A DNA stretch of 64,000 bases. It comes from Eledone cirrhosa. Taxonomy: Eukaryota. The notes under the pieces were generated by a model. It did not search any database. It saw only the letters and a program-made list of their open reading frames with translations, and was not told the DNA's origin. Below are positions 12,901 through 28,271 of this stretch, in pieces. The stretch is from positions 62,001 to 126,000 of the forward strand of contig CAXHJY010001274.1 of assembly GCA_964016885.1 (NCBI GenBank), given 5' to 3'. Position numbers and translations under genes: made by a program. Position 1 is the stretch's first letter; each line of letters starts with the position of its first letter.

Positions 12901-12939
12901 TATATATATATATTGTTATACTTTGGGAGGGTCATCTTG

Positions 12940-12981
<42 letters not shown>

Positions 12982-13955
12982 TAATTTTCCTTACACAACT
13001 GTGTCCAATAACAAAACACCACATAAGCATACATAAGTGCGCGTGCGTGTGCGTGTATATGTGTGTGTGTGTGTGTGTGCGTATATGTGTGTGTGTGTGT
13101 TCGTTCGTGTTTGTGTTGTAAATCGGTAAAACAAGACAAAATAGCAGTTACAGCGTCAGTATACAAATATTCTACATAGGAAATATCATTATAAACAGCA
13201 TGACATAGATTATGCTTGAAGGCAGAGTGAAATGAAGGTAACTCCGTACTTTTGTCGATTGCTGCTTCAAGACAGATTGCACCTAATGCTCCACAGCTAA
13301 GTTAAGTGTCAGCTCCAATTTCTAAGAATATGAGTCACTGCATTTATTGGAGACATATGTGCAATCGTTATTAACGCGGTGCTGCATTCAAAGCATCCTC
13401 CTGAGGTTTGATTTTTCCAAAGTTTCGAAGATAACAACTAAGAGCTAGGGATTTTTTGTGGGTTTTATTTTTTTGCTTCTTTTGTTTTTGTTTCCATAGA
13501 ATGTATTTAAATTAACTAGAAAATGTATCCGTGCAACCTCATATCAAGGTGTCGACTCAGAGAAATATGTAAACCAATCATTTATCCAGGGATGCCAAAG
13601 TTTCCCTTTAGCTTAAGCCTAGTTGGAATTTAGAGCTCAGCTTTCCTATTTAGTAATAATGGTTTCTGATTTAGGCACAAGGCCAGCAATTTTGTGGAAG
13701 GGGAAAGTCGATTAAATCAACCCCAGTGCATTACTGGTGCATTGGCCAATGCTCTACCGATTCTGCCAATCCACCACCATTTCCTACTTAGTAATAATAA
13801 TTAACTTTTGTATAAGAAAATCAAAATGGAAAGAAAATATTATAAAATATATAAAATTCGTCAACTTCAACTTTGCAGTTTTTTGCTGAATATATTATTG
13901 CATTGTTTATAGACTTCGTTGCACTGATAGCGTGTGTGTTTGGCTGTGTGTGTGT

Positions 13956-14051
<96 letters not shown>

Positions 14052-15103
14052 GTGTGTGTGCGTGTCTATGTGTCTATGTGTGTCTGTGTGTGTCTGTGTG
14101 TGTCTGTGTGCGGCTGTATGTATGGTTGTATGTGTGCATGTTTATCTATGTATGCGTGCATGTATGTGTGTCTGTGGTTTCTTGAAGTAAGCTGTTGTTG
14201 GGTGGTTGTAACGATAAAGAACTCTAACTTGCAATGTGTTTTCCTATTCTCGAATTGAAAAAAAAGCAATAATAATAACGACTGTATAAAGTTTAACTGC
14301 ACTTAAAAGCCTTGTCAAGATTAGAGAAGTTAGCAGAGTCCAGTTCTTAGAATATAGCGTCAGCCAATCAGAATACATTATCTTTAGTGATGTGAAACTG
14401 TTAGCAACCTGTCGTATTTAGAACACAACACTTCCACATTCCAATTCTACATTTATCTAATGAGTCGACGAAACTGCAATTCTTATAATCCAGAATGGCA
14501 ACGTCTGTTCACTCAGGTTTTGTATCATATACCTTAAATAAGTTAACTTCGCTGAGCTATTCGGTTTTTTTAAGTTTTATTGGTGGTGCGGTGAATACTG
14601 CCATGCTATCAAAACATTATATATCTTTGTCTTTATTTTACTTTGCCTTTCATCCTTACGGGGGTCGATAAAATAAAGTACCAGTAATGCACTGGGTAAT
14701 TGCTGGCCTTGTGCCAAAAGTAGAAATAATTATATATCTTTGTCTTGACCACGGGTTTATTGTATATTGTGATAAGAAGATATGAACCACAGAAATATCC
14801 ATTTGCAGTTTCGGTCTCGCTATTTAACCAATAATATTTGACTGCCTTAAGCTATCTCTCATAGAGGGAGTCACCCTACATTGCTCCACAAGTTAGTAAT
14901 ACTCGAACACTGAACAAGCTAAAATGATATAGGTAAGACGAAAAAGGGGGGGAAAACAACAGCAGAGATGTTAAAAAGGTTAAAGTCTAAGTTAATCACA
15001 ACACTACTGAATGCCATAATAAAACAATAGTAAGAAAATCCCTTATATGGCCATGGAATTAAATGACTGAACAGGGTTAAACTAGAGAAGGAAATTCACA
15101 ATT

Positions 15104-15240
15104 GAAGAAGAAGAAGAAGAAGAAGAAGAAGAAGAAGAAGAAGAAGAAGAAGAAGAAGAAGAAGAAGAAGAAGAAGAAGAAGAAGAAGAAGAAGAAGAAG
15201 AAGAAGAAGAAGAAGAAGAAAAAGAAGAAGAAGAAGAAGA
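15104..15240. repeat. (GAA)n microsatellite
   Basis: Direct reading. Confidence 0.95.
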
Positions 15241-15536
15241 TATTTGACAAAAACCAACATTTCGACAAACTTCCGGACAGCGTCAATTCACTTCGTATCA
15301 CATCACAATTATATCATTTGACCGATAAACTACGTTGTTATTTTACGAATCTTTTACTCTTCCAACACTATACACGTCCGTTTCTTTTATATATCGGAAA
15401 TCTGAATTCTCATACAACGTGTTAACCAATAAATATCAAAAATCTCATCTTCGTCTAACGCTTGCGAAAAACAACGAACATTTTATTTCCTTACGCTAAA
15501 AATCAGGGCAAATATAAATCTATGAACGTATATATG

Positions 15537-15568
<32 letters not shown>

Positions 15569-15689
15569 TGTATGTATGTATGTATGTATGTATGTATATA
15601 GATGACTGTGTGCGAGTACGGTGTGTATGATGTATATACGTGTCACATACATATGTGAGTGTATGTATATATATATAAATATATATATA

Positions 15690-15746
<57 letters not shown>

Positions 15747-15774
15747 ATATATTATGTGTTTGTGTGTGTGTGTG

Positions 15775-15809
<35 letters not shown>

Positions 15810-16552
15810 TTAATATCAGAAGTTATCGGAAAGTATGAGATGAAAGACAAATATTAATGTAACAACATGAAATATCTTCTATTATCCAGAAAATTCCCAA
15901 CCTTTCTTTTCCATTCCACACCATCCATATATCTATCTATACATATATATTCACAAATATATATATATATATATACATAAATTACATACATATATATTCA
16001 TATATTGTATATATATATATACATATATATACATATATATATATACATACACATCATACACATACATATATATGCATACACATACATATAAATATACATA
16101 TATATATATACGTACACATACATACATATACTTGCACACACATTTATATACATACACATTATATGCATATACATACACATATATATATATACATACATTT
16201 TTTCTCCCACTCTTTCTTCCCCACCTTTCTTTTCTCTCACCAATTGTATCTTAATTCCGGGTTTTATCCTGTGTTATTCGCCAGTAAAAAATAACTTACT
16301 CCAAGTAATTAAAATTCCTATGATTTCTATCTAATTGGGCTTATCAATATGTTTTCATAATTCAGGGTGTTAAAGTTGTAAGGAAGGATGACAGTTCTAT
16401 TCCATTTATTTTACCAATAGTTTTGAGTCACCCATAGCCTTGTGAGACCGATTTCACGGACATATGAGTGAAAACAAACTTGACAACTAAAAATGAGTAA
16501 TTAATATAACCCACACATACATTAAATATATACAGGCACAGCCACACTCACT

Positions 16553-16728
<176 letters not shown>

Positions 16729-17047
16729 CACATATATATAACACAACAAATTTTATATATATATATATAAGCAGAAGGGATATTCAATGTGTTGGTAATT
16801 CAACAAATATAAATGTTTATAACTGATTCAGAGCACTCAACCGATTTTCTGGAGTATAATATAAAATGATATTAAATAAATGGAAACTATATTTATAAAA
16901 CCATAATTATTCTATTATATATATTTCAAGGGTACCAAAATTGTTGTACGCTTTCATCGGATAAAATGCAAAGTGTGTTTTATAAATTTTGACATAACCA
17001 AGGAGAATATACTTTAACGGATCAAGTTATCCTTGGATAGTTTTCTA

Positions 17048-17655
17048 ATTCTAATTAGATATTTTATTTCACTTGTCCTTGAAATAATCTAAATAGCACG
17101 ACAGACAAATGAAGAGATAAAGTTTTGTTTTAAACGCAATATATATATATATTTAATTTTTTGTTGTTATATATATATATATATATTAAATTTGTTGTCA
17201 TATATATATATATATATATATACGTTATTCCGGGTTGAATCGGCACTCTCTGTGCCCCTTATAACCATCATCAAGAAACCATGCTGACCAAACTCGACCT
17301 TGATATTTCCTTGAAGAACATCCCTATCCCTCCAAGAAAAAAAAAAAAAAAAAAAACCACTTGTAGAGACCTATAAATACCATATTTATTTTTTGATACC
17401 CAGATTCCTGATGATTTCTAATGAATGAAACAGTTCTAGTCCTGTAGAATCTCATCTATATTAAAACTATATATATATATATATATATGAATGAAAAATG
17501 GCGAGCTGTGTTGTTGCCAATATGATATATATAATAAATATATAAATATATATATATATATATTGCGTTTAAAACAAAACTTTATCCCTTCATTTGTCTG
17601 TCGTGCTATTTAGATTATTTCAAGGACAAGTGAAATAAAATATTTAATTAGAATT
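17048..17655. repeat. Inverted repeat (~95-bp arms) around TA tracts and a hammerhead-bearing insert
   Basis: 17048-17142 is the reverse complement of about 17561-17655. Confidence 0.8.
17402..17452 (+). ncRNA. Type I hammerhead ribozyme
   Basis: agattc-CTGATGA-tttctaatgaat-GAAA-cag ttctagtc ctg-TA-gaatct. Confidence 0.75.
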
Positions 17656-18189
17656 GTCTGCTACATTTCTTGTCAATTTCATCGTCTGCTAAACCAAAAG
17701 TTGGTGAGAATATGTTTTCCTTTAGCTCTTCTTTTCTTTCTTTCTCTGCTTTCTATCTATACATTGTATTGTTGTCTGCTGGTGTTGTTGTTGCTCTATG
17801 TATGGGTGTTGTTAATTATCGCGTGTGTGACTGTATGTGCGTATGTATCTGAATGTGCGTTTCGTGTTTTTCTTAAATTATTTCAATTTTATAATGAATT
17901 TGACAAATGTGATTGGCTAGACTTGTTTTTATTTTTTTTTTTATTATTTTTTTTTTTTCATTTAATAAGCACGTGATTATACTGGATTGGTGATACGAAA
18001 ACAATGAGAGAAAAAATGTGAGAGAGAAACAGGAAAACAGATAGAGATAGAAAGAGGGAGATATGAGAAGGAGAATAAGTTGAGTTTGCGAGGTTGCTTA
18101 TTAATATCACTGTTGATAGTAGACGATGGAGTAGCACAAGCGATGGAATATGGAGTGAAATACATTCTGCTATTTTACCAACTGTTTAT

Positions 18190-18637
18190 ATTTTCAGTAA
18201 TCAGAAGGGAGGTAGGCGTAAAAGCCAAACTCATTATCTTCAATTCGGTTTTCGTGCCAACCCTTAGCTATGGTCATGAATCTTGTGTAATGACCGAAAG
18301 AATAAGATCGCGAATACAAGCGTCTTTGGAGTAACGTTACTTGATAGAGTGCGTCGCTCGGAGATCAGAGTCACTCCAGCTAGAGATGCTACTTCTCCGA
18401 ATTGAGAGATCATAGCTCCGATACGAGGGGCATGTGATTAGAATGTCTCAGGAAATAATCGCTGGACAAATCTTATGGGCAAGACCAATCGGAATGAGAC
18501 CCAGGGGTACACCTCGAGCAAGATGGTTGGATAACGTTCATGAGCTTGGCTGGTCACGCTTGGGGATCTAGACGGATCAATTGGAGACGGTTGCTTCGGG
18601 AATGAGTGTTTGCGGACTCTTCCCCCAAGACCCTCTC

Positions 18638-18670
<33 letters not shown>

Positions 18671-18788
18671 AAGAAGAAGAAGAAGAAGAAGAAGAAGAAG
18701 AAGAAGAAGAAGAAGAAGAAGAAGAAGAAGAAGAAGAAGAAGAAGAAGAAGAAGAAGAAGAAGAAGAAGAAGAAGAAGAAGAAGAAGA
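18190..18788 (+). mobile_element. RTE-type LINE 3' fragment with (GAA)n tail
   Basis: KLIIFNSVFVPTLSYGHESCVMTERIRSRIQA and downstream GHVIRM/RPRG motifs; ends in (AAG)n at 18641-18788. Confidence 0.8.
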
Positions 18789-19457
18789 TTTTCCGAGTGG
18801 ACGCAGCGTAGTCGATTGCTTTATAGGGCTTGCTTCACGTTTGACAAGAGTTACCATAGTTTCTGGTCAAACCACGCCTTTTGAGTGGAATTGCAATAGA
18901 TCATACTTGCAATCCTGCAATTCAAAAGGACCAGTTTGTCACATAGTATGTCACGCTCGATCTCCTTGAAAATTACCTTATGTGTACACGTGACTGGGGA
19001 ATTATCACTCACTCACGCGGTGACGTCACGTGCAGGTTGTTCTGAAGATTGAACAACTGGTTTACTCACCTTGGAATCCGATGGATATCCATTTATATTT
19101 ATATTTTATGAGTACAAATCTAGTCGGATTATCTTTCAGCTTTCCGAAGCCAATACTTTAATGTATAGTTAAGTTCACTATATCTCTTCTATTAATGTAT
19201 AGCCTTTCCGTTCAAATACTAAGCCATTCTTAAGGTCGAGTTAACGCGTGTGAGGGCGTGTGAAGACGCTGAGTTGTTAGAGTGTTCGGCTCCAGATCGT
19301 CAGTTCCCGGCGACGCGTTGTGTTCTTGTTTTTAAATGTCATAGGAACGTTGGAAAATGTCTCAAATACACTGAAATTTAAGCAAAGGTATCCTCGAGTA
19401 TTCCAATTGTTCGATCGACGTAACGACCCACGCATTGAATTATTATTTATTCAGTTA

Positions 19458-19667
19458 GGGCGGTGAATTGGCAGTATCGGTAGAGGGTCGGACGCCATGC
19501 TTTGCAGCTTAGAGTTACGGCCCTTTATGATCTGAGTTCAAATCCCGCTGAGGTTAACTTTGCTTTCATCGTTACGGGGTCGATAAAATAAAGTACCAGT
19601 CACGCACTGGTGTCGATTTAATCGACCCCTCCCCCAAATTGCTGGCCTTGTGCCTATATAAGAAACC
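19458..19667 (+). mobile_element. tRNA-derived SINE family 1 (Meta-domain-like core)
   Basis: A box tggcagtatcgg, B box gagttcaaatccc, core ctttcatc..ggggtcgataaaataaagtaccag, 3' ttgctggccttgtgcc. Further partial copies at about 13661-13778 (-), 14639-14726 (+) and 54830-55015 (-). Confidence 0.8.
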
Positions 19668-20413
19668 GTAATTTATTTATTCAATTTAAACGTCCATATA
19701 GAGCTAGTAAGCTATGATAGGCTAGGAGAAGTATCGAGTACTTTTTACAGTTGGTAATCAAAAGCTAGTGAGACAAGTAATAAAAAAGGGAATAAAAGCT
19801 AAAAGAAAAAAAGAAAGAAAAGGGGGAAAGAGAAAACGAAAAAGAAAACAAAAAAGAAAAGAAGAAACAAGGAAACAAGGGAAGCTGTAAAACAACTAGA
19901 GGTTTCTGTTGTTGAATCTTTTCGTAGCTTCCATACACTCAAAGATTTTGTTTAAATTTGGTATAATAATTAAAGTGCGAATGGTTATGTATTTCACTAA
20001 CACTTGTACCACTGACATAGTTCTTAGGGAGATTTAACGATATAGTATAGCAAGGCTTGACCTTTCAATTACAGGTACATACCTTTATTCCACTCCATCT
20101 CCCATCCCACAACCCACCCCGTTTACTAAATTTTGATAATCTATCTCCGGCGAAATTTTATTGTAAGGGATTCGTAGTGATACAGTAGCTGGAGAATCTA
20201 ATAATAATTCTATTTTAATTAAAAAAAAACATTATATATGACAAAAAAAGAACATTACCAGAAATCCCATATTTATTCCACACACGCCTCCCTCCTATTA
20301 TTTGGGAGCCAAAGCGTGAACCTAATACCAACACTGTTCGTACTGCACTCCTTGTTTTTGTTTTGTTCCTTGCCAATATATATATATACAGAGAGAGAGA
20401 GAGAGAGAGAGAG

Positions 20414-20824
20414 ACCTGAAAAATGCGCAAGCTCAAAAGAGCCACATAATGTTATAATAAACCTTCAAAAGTGTGGGACTAGAATTGTTGCTCAAAAATA
20501 TTGTAATCATTATCTATCGTACACTCTGTGGCACCCTTTTATAAAAAAGAGACTCATAACGAACTCAAGACGACACGATAATTATTTAGATGTTTAGTAA
20601 TGATTAATACGAAATGCACTTAAACCGAATTCTATATTATAAATTCACTTAAATAATTATCATGTCGTCTCGAGTTGGTTATGAGTCTCTTTTTTATAAA
20701 AGGATGCCACGGAGTGTACGATAGATAATGATTACAATATTTTTTAGCAACAACTCTAGTCCCACACTTTTGAAGGTTTATTATAACATTCTGTGGCTCT
20801 TTTGAGCTTGCTCATTTTTCAGGT
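20414..20824. repeat. Inverted repeat (~175-bp arms, ~60-bp loop)
   Basis: acctgaaaaatg..taattattta pairs with taaataatta..catttttcaggt, with scattered mismatches. Confidence 0.88.
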
Positions 20825-21588
20825 GTAGTTTAATATTTTTTAAGGCAACGCTTGTAATAACTCTAGTTAAACATGATATATATTAATAATAAATTATCGT
20901 TGTAATGTAATTAGATTATATAATTGTTATTTTATAAATGATCTTATAACTATTATTGTAAAATGTATAAAAATATTTTCAGACTTTTAATATAAACAAC
21001 TACAAAAAAACAATCAATATTAAATAAATATATTTTACATAATAATTGTTATAGTTGAATTAATAAAAAATTAAATATTACATACAAATAGTCTAACATA
21101 ATAATAAAAAAAATAATCTAACATAATAATAATAAAATAATCTAACATAAAACGAACAATAATATGGACAAATATACAAGTAAATATGATAAAACCAATA
21201 TTATAAGCATGTTATAGCGAACTGAAAAAAAAATAGTTAATATAAATTTAAAAAGGCATATATAAATTAACAATATAACTTACTAAAACGAGAAAAAATA
21301 TTTTGATGATAAAACGACGAAATACAGGAGGAAGATTCGAAAGCGAAACGATAAATAAACGTGCAAACTAAGTGGCAGATGCTTTTGAGCAACAATTATT
21401 CTATTTGGCTGATTAGCCAATAAGACGATGAAATTAGCCTATAAGACGATACATTACAAAAGATGTTTGGCCGGGATCACCACGACCAGCGAAACGCCTT
21501 GAATTTTTTGTTCATAAGCTACGCATATATGTCAGACATGCAGACTTAAAACATTCTGCTGTTAGTCACTGCGTGTCTAACAGATAAT

Positions 21589-21815
21589 TAGGAAGAGTGG
21601 TAAGGAACCAGATGGACCATAACGCACAAGAGTACTCAATACTTAGCGTAGTAGAGTGGGTAATAGGAAAATGTTTGACCCCGACGGCAGAGTTCAAGCC
21701 GTTTCGACGGCTATTTCTGGACTCCAGAAACAGCTTGAGCTCAAGCCGTTTCTGGAGTCCAGAAATAGCCGTCGAAAAGGCTTGAACTCTGCCGTCGGGT
21801 TCAAACATTTTCCTA
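21589..21815. mobile_element. Palindromic mini-element copy with nested palindromes
   Basis: Conserved tail plus a ~150-bp palindrome centred on ttgagctcaa. Confidence 0.8.
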
Positions 21816-21828
21816 TATATATATATAT

Positions 21829-22204
21829 ATATTGGTAAACGGAATAGAAAATGCTGACAAATTGTTCACAGTGAAAAATGGTTTAATTAGGAATAAGTGA
21901 TAATTAGTAATAGTATTGGTTAGTATTAAGTTTTGGTTTTAAGTTTTACCGGTTGCGCATTTCTAATGCTTTTCAAAAATAATTTTGAGATAGAGCGTCC
22001 GTGATGTTTGCTCTGATCAGAGCAAACATCACGGACGCTCTATCTCAAAATTATTTTTGAAAAGCATTAGAAATGCGCAACCGGTAAAACTTAAAACCAA
22101 AACTTAATACTAACCAATACTATTACTAATTATCACTTATTCCTAATTAAACCATTTTTCACTGTGAACAATTTGTCAGCATTTTCTATTCCGTTTACCA
22201 ATAT
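21829..22204. repeat. ~375-bp perfect spacerless palindrome
   Basis: Arms pair around ctctga|tcagag (centre 22016/22017). Confidence 0.93.
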
Positions 22205-22232
22205 ATCATAACTTGTGTGTTACACCTCTATT

Positions 22233-22292
<60 letters not shown>

Positions 22293-22475
22293 ACCTATAT
22301 TTGTTTAAATGTAGTTAGAAAGGAATGACGAATATATATCTATATTTGTGTGTGAGCGTGTACTTAATTATTTCTTCAGTATATATATATATATGTATAT
22401 ACATATACATATATATATATTTATATATTTATATATATATATGTATATATATATATTATACACACAAACACACAC

Positions 22476-22539
<64 letters not shown>

Positions 22540-22675
22540 ATATTGAACTTTTCATTTTTCAGAAGATATCAAACTAAAATTTTGTTAAAAACCATATTCT
22601 GTTTGAAGTACAGAATCCTGTAACACATAATTGGTTGTATGACAAAACATTTGAAAATGTTATTGATCCTAAAGG

Positions 22676-22762
<87 letters not shown>

Positions 22763-23539
22763 GTCTGTATATATATGTGTGTGTATGTGTGTAAGAGAGG
22801 GAGAGGGAGAGAGAGAGAGTTCTAGCTCTTTATAGTTCCAATTCAAACTTGATTAAGCCGGCCTATGATCAAAGGTTTCCTAGTTATGTCCATCATAGCT
22901 TTTTGAATATTCTGAACTACATTGTCCAATGTGTCGTTATCTTTTCTTACGATAAAAAAAGGCATTGGTCCCTATTTCTAGCTCGGTGAGCTACTCCCTT
23001 AGTTCGGCTGTATAGGTTGTTAAATGGATGGATCTTCGTCAGATTTGACGATTAACATTCCAATCGACACAACGCTCAAACTTAGCAGGTGACTGGCGAT
23101 TTGAGAAACAAATATACTTCGAACCTAAATCTCAGGGAGACTCAGCATGGCTGAATGACTTGACGGGTGTTTATAATTACGAGCTTCCAAACAATTCCAA
23201 TGTATCCATGGTAACTCCGGTCAACTCCGGGATGTGGATCATGAGGACACGCTGTGTAATTGGAATCACTTTTCTAAAGCCTAATTTTCAGCGATGCCTC
23301 TGTCCAGAATTATAAATACACATACTTATAGACATGTATAGAGATAGATAGAGAGTTTGTTAATGATCCTGTTAGTTACGGGGGGGAAAACCATAGTTAA
23401 CTGACCCAATTCCTCAACTAGAGAGTATATTTATTTAATAGAAATCAATCTTGGAGAACTAATAATTGTTCGCCCCTCAAGAATTCATTAAAGACGAATT
23501 ATTTACACGGATGCATACTATATATATATATAATATATA

Positions 23540-23570
<31 letters not shown>

Positions 23571-23586
23571 TTAATCGCCTTCTCTT

Positions 23587-23659
<73 letters not shown>

Positions 23660-24120
23660 TCAATCGCCTTCTCTTCAATATTCTCACCTCTTCCAATAAA
23701 CAAAAACGTGACACACATACAGCCACATCACCTCTAGCCCTAACTCCATTATCCCGTTACCTACGACTCTTTCTCTCTGTCCCTCTCTCTCTCTCTCATC
23801 GCCCCACCTCCACTGACTCTGCACACGTCACACCTCCGCCTCCACTAGTTTCTCTCCTTCACGTACTTCCCATACAGTTGTCGCCCCTCCTCACCAGGGG
23901 TTTGCTTCATACCCACCACATCCACATGCAACGCGTTCCAAACACCTGCTGGGGTTGAACGACTATTAGATCACATTAAAGCTACAAGCAGTCTTCTACA
24001 ACTCCATCATCGGCCCAAACAGACTATTTCGCAAGTTTTAGCCGCCGACAGTCACAGTGGACGCCGAGTTCTGATCAGTTCAGCATCCTTCACACAGTTC
24101 TAGAGACATGCCAACGTACT

Positions 24121-24309
24121 TTGAATCGCTTCAATTTCCAAAAGCATTCTCGTCTCACTGACCTTATTCAAGCTGAACTCTCCGCTTTGCGCAGACTACG
24201 GCGCCTCGATGAAATTGTCATCAAATCCGCTGATAAAGGTGATGCCGTTGTGGTGAGGTACGCAGGCCTCTACAGGACGGACGTCCTTCGCCAGCTTCAC
24301 AATACGTAA
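24121..24309 (+). pseudogene. Penelope-like RT N-terminal fragment
   Basis: LIQAELSALRRL...IVIKSADKGDAVVV matches the diagnostic PLE IKxADKG motif. Confidence 0.75.
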
Positions 24310-24642
24310 AAAGAATTATATATTTCTTCGTCGTACTGTGTCGTGTTCTTTGTTATTTCTGTTTGGCTTTTGAATATTTTAATAACAACTGCTGTCGAGA
24401 CTCTACTGAAATTTAGCAGAAATATTGCAGCCATCCTACCACTGTTGACTAACAGATACGAAATGCTTCTTGCGGTGCAGTCTGCATTTGCAGAAACCCA
24501 TTGGGCTCCGGGACAATAATTTGTGCAACCGCTCCATTACAAATATACACTGTTTTAGCTCTCTGAGAAAATTCCTAATTGAGTGAATATATGATAGCAA
24601 CCGAACGATAGAAAATCTTTAAACTATCGCCTCGGTAAGCAA

Positions 24643-24682
<40 letters not shown>

Positions 24683-24769
24683 ATGTGTGTGTGTGTGTGA
24701 ATACATTCGTATATATATATATATATATATATGAATACATTCGTATATATATATATATAAATACATTCG

Positions 24770-24805
<36 letters not shown>

Positions 24806-25058
24806 AATACATTCGTATATATATATATATATACACGAATGTATTCATCTAATGTTGATTGCTGTAAGGTAATGTGTACAAGGAAGTGAGTAATCATATT
24901 ATAATAGTGTGTATATATTTATTTAGGATGACGCATTTATTTGTTAGTATTAATATAGTAGGATTTAATATTTCATAGCTTCATTGCTTTCGTTTCATAT
25001 CGACCGAACACAATAATCGGATGTTGGGTTTTCCTCTTTTCGGATCTTTTAAATATTA

Positions 25059-25149
<91 letters not shown>

Positions 25150-25207
25150 CATACATTCATGTATATATATATGTATATAAATAATTGTATCTGCACATAT
25201 ATAAAAT

Positions 25208-25257
<50 letters not shown>

Positions 25258-25280
25258 TATACATATGTATATATATATGC

Positions 25281-25318
<38 letters not shown>

Positions 25319-25476
25319 GTATATATATATGCATAAATATATGTATATACTACGTGTATATACTACACGTATATATACCACGAGTGAGAGAAATAGGTAT
25401 TGTTTATATATTAAGATTCACTTTCTCTCTCTCATATATATATATATATATATTTATATATTTATATATATATATT

Positions 25477-25556
<80 letters not shown>

Positions 25557-25640
25557 AATATATATATTTATAAATATATATATATTTATATATATATATA
25601 TTTATATATAAATATATATATTTATAAATATATATATATT

Positions 25641-25671
<31 letters not shown>

Positions 25672-25807
25672 TTATATAAATATATTTATATATATATATT
25701 AATATATATATATATATTAATATATATATATTAATATATATATATTAATATATATATATTATATATATATTATATATATATTATATATATATTATATATA
25801 TATTATA

Positions 25808-25893
<86 letters not shown>

Positions 25894-26749
25894 GAATTGC
25901 ACTCCAAATAGGCGTGATTTCACAGATATTTGAACAATTTTTGCTGCAGTTTCACAAATCAGTTCTGCATATTTCTTACAAACTTCAAACGTTTTACCAA
26001 TGACGCTGAAAAGTGTTTCATAAGCTTTTGCTATCCTATTGTCTTCCACTTCATTCTTCTTTCCATATCAATTGTATTCAACGTTTCAATGCGCTTACAA
26101 TGCCTTTAATTGTATATCAACTATATTACACTTCTCAAAACTCTTATAACGCTTCTAGTTTTGTATCAATTGTATACCACAATCCCATACTCTTATAACA
26201 TACCAATTTATTTATATACCAATTGTATACCAAATGCCAATTCTCTTACAATGCCTCAAGTTCTATACCAGTTATATTTAATTGCTCACTGGTCTCACAA
26301 TACCTCTAATTTTACGACTAAATCTTGTACGATTCTGTTTTCACTACAGTTATTTCTTACTCACTTCAGTAAATTGGCTTATACTCTACGTTATGAATAT
26401 GATTCTCAGAGTTAATATTCAATTAGCATAAAGGCTAGAATAAGGCAAAGTTGTTTCATATACATATGCATATATGTCTATGTCCGTGTAGGTTGAGATT
26501 TGGCAGAGTCGTTAGAGCGGCGAGTCAATTTTGTATGTCAACGTTTCGGGATCGATAAATGTAATACCAGGCCAAAGGGCAGTAGATTGGTGGAACTGTT
26601 TAGAGTGTGAGATGAAATATTCTGCAGCAGATCTGGCTCTCTACATTCTAAGTCCAAATCCCGGTCTTTCTCCCATAAAATGCAATCAGGAGATGAGATA
26701 GTATCAGCAATGGAATGACCAAAGAGAACATAGACTTGAGTATCGGCTC

Positions 26750-26806
<57 letters not shown>

Positions 26807-27887
26807 CTCCCTGCACACACACACACCTATAATAGTTTGTTGTGGGGGCACGAAGCATATTCCTTCATAAATGAACCAAATCTGAAATCCCTTTGTTCAA
26901 TGTGTCCGGAGACATTATTGACTTCTTTTATCGAATGGCGGTAATGCATTTTTTCTTTTTATTTTGTCTACATATTTTCTTTCCCAACTTTTAAATTCAA
27001 AGAATATATTTCCTTTAATATTTAATTTTCAAAGTGTATGTTGTTTGTTTCTTTATTTCTTATTTTATTTATTTATCTATGCTTAACTTGATTTGTTTCC
27101 TTGAAATAGATTAGTAGACTGTAAACTTGCTAATTCTCATACCTTTGAGAAACATGTAAACAAGATTAATTTCTCCATATAGCATGTATAATGAAAAAAT
27201 AATCAGCCGTAATGTTTTTCTTTAAAATATAAACACTAAAGGTTAAATGAGATGGAATTAAAATTGCAAAGGACGAAAATATAATCGTCGTTTGTTAGAA
27301 TTTCTTTTAATATATTTGTTTTGCAAGGCTTTTGATATGAAATCGTGAGTTGAAACAGATATTGTTATATTTGGAAAGGGTCATGTTGTCCTAATATTGC
27401 TCAAAATATTAATACAACACACTCACTATTTGTTTTGGCTTTCGGTTCAGTATATCTTTATATTTTTATAAACCTAGCCTGAACAGAAAACATGAATGGA
27501 ATAGCAACAACCATACACAAACACACACTAGTGATCAAAGATAGAATATAAATATACACAGATGCAATAACAACACCCACACACAAATACACATTAGTGA
27601 CCAAAGATAGAATTTAAACACACGCAGACTCAGACACGAATACACACCAAACAGAATACACGCACACAAATGCATACGCAAACAGAAACAACCGGAAAAA
27701 AGTTATAGAAACACAACGGGAGGAAATCATTGAAGATGTCACAGAAAATGTGTGACGAAAGAAATAATATTTATATTTTTAACTGTTGGTCAATCAATGA
27801 TTGCCAGCTAAATTATTTATAAAAATATAAAGATATATTAAAGCGAAAGCCAAACCAAACACTGAGTGTGTTTTATTATTATTATTT

Positions 27888-28271
27888 GGGCGGTGGATTG
27901 GCAGTATTGGTAGAGGGTCGGACGCCATGCTTTGCAGCAAAGAATTACGGCCCTTTATGGTCTGAGTTCAAATCCCGCAGAAGTTAACTTTGCTTTCCTC
28001 CTTACGGGGTCGATAAAATAAAGTACCAGTAATACACTGGGATAATTGCTGGCCTTGTGCCAAAAGTAGAAACAATTATTTGGAAGTATCGGTAGAGTCG
28101 GACACCTTGCTTTGCAGCATAGAGTCGGGCTAGGTTCAAATCCACCCGAGATTAGTTTTGCCTTTCATCCTTGCGGGGTCGATAAAATAAAGTACCAGTC
28201 ACGCACTGGGGTCGATTTAATCTACTTTCCCCTCCCCCCAAATTGCTGGCCTTATGCCTATATAAGAAACC
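27888..28271 (+). mobile_element. Two tandem SINE family 1 copies
   Basis: 27888-28074 and 28081-28271 each match the 19458 copy. Confidence 0.8.

Noticed and set aside
25890-26060. Possible host exon (EDNRIAKAYETLFSVIGK...)
   Set aside because: Short, no recognisable motif, runs into (TA)n; cannot be supported without a database search.
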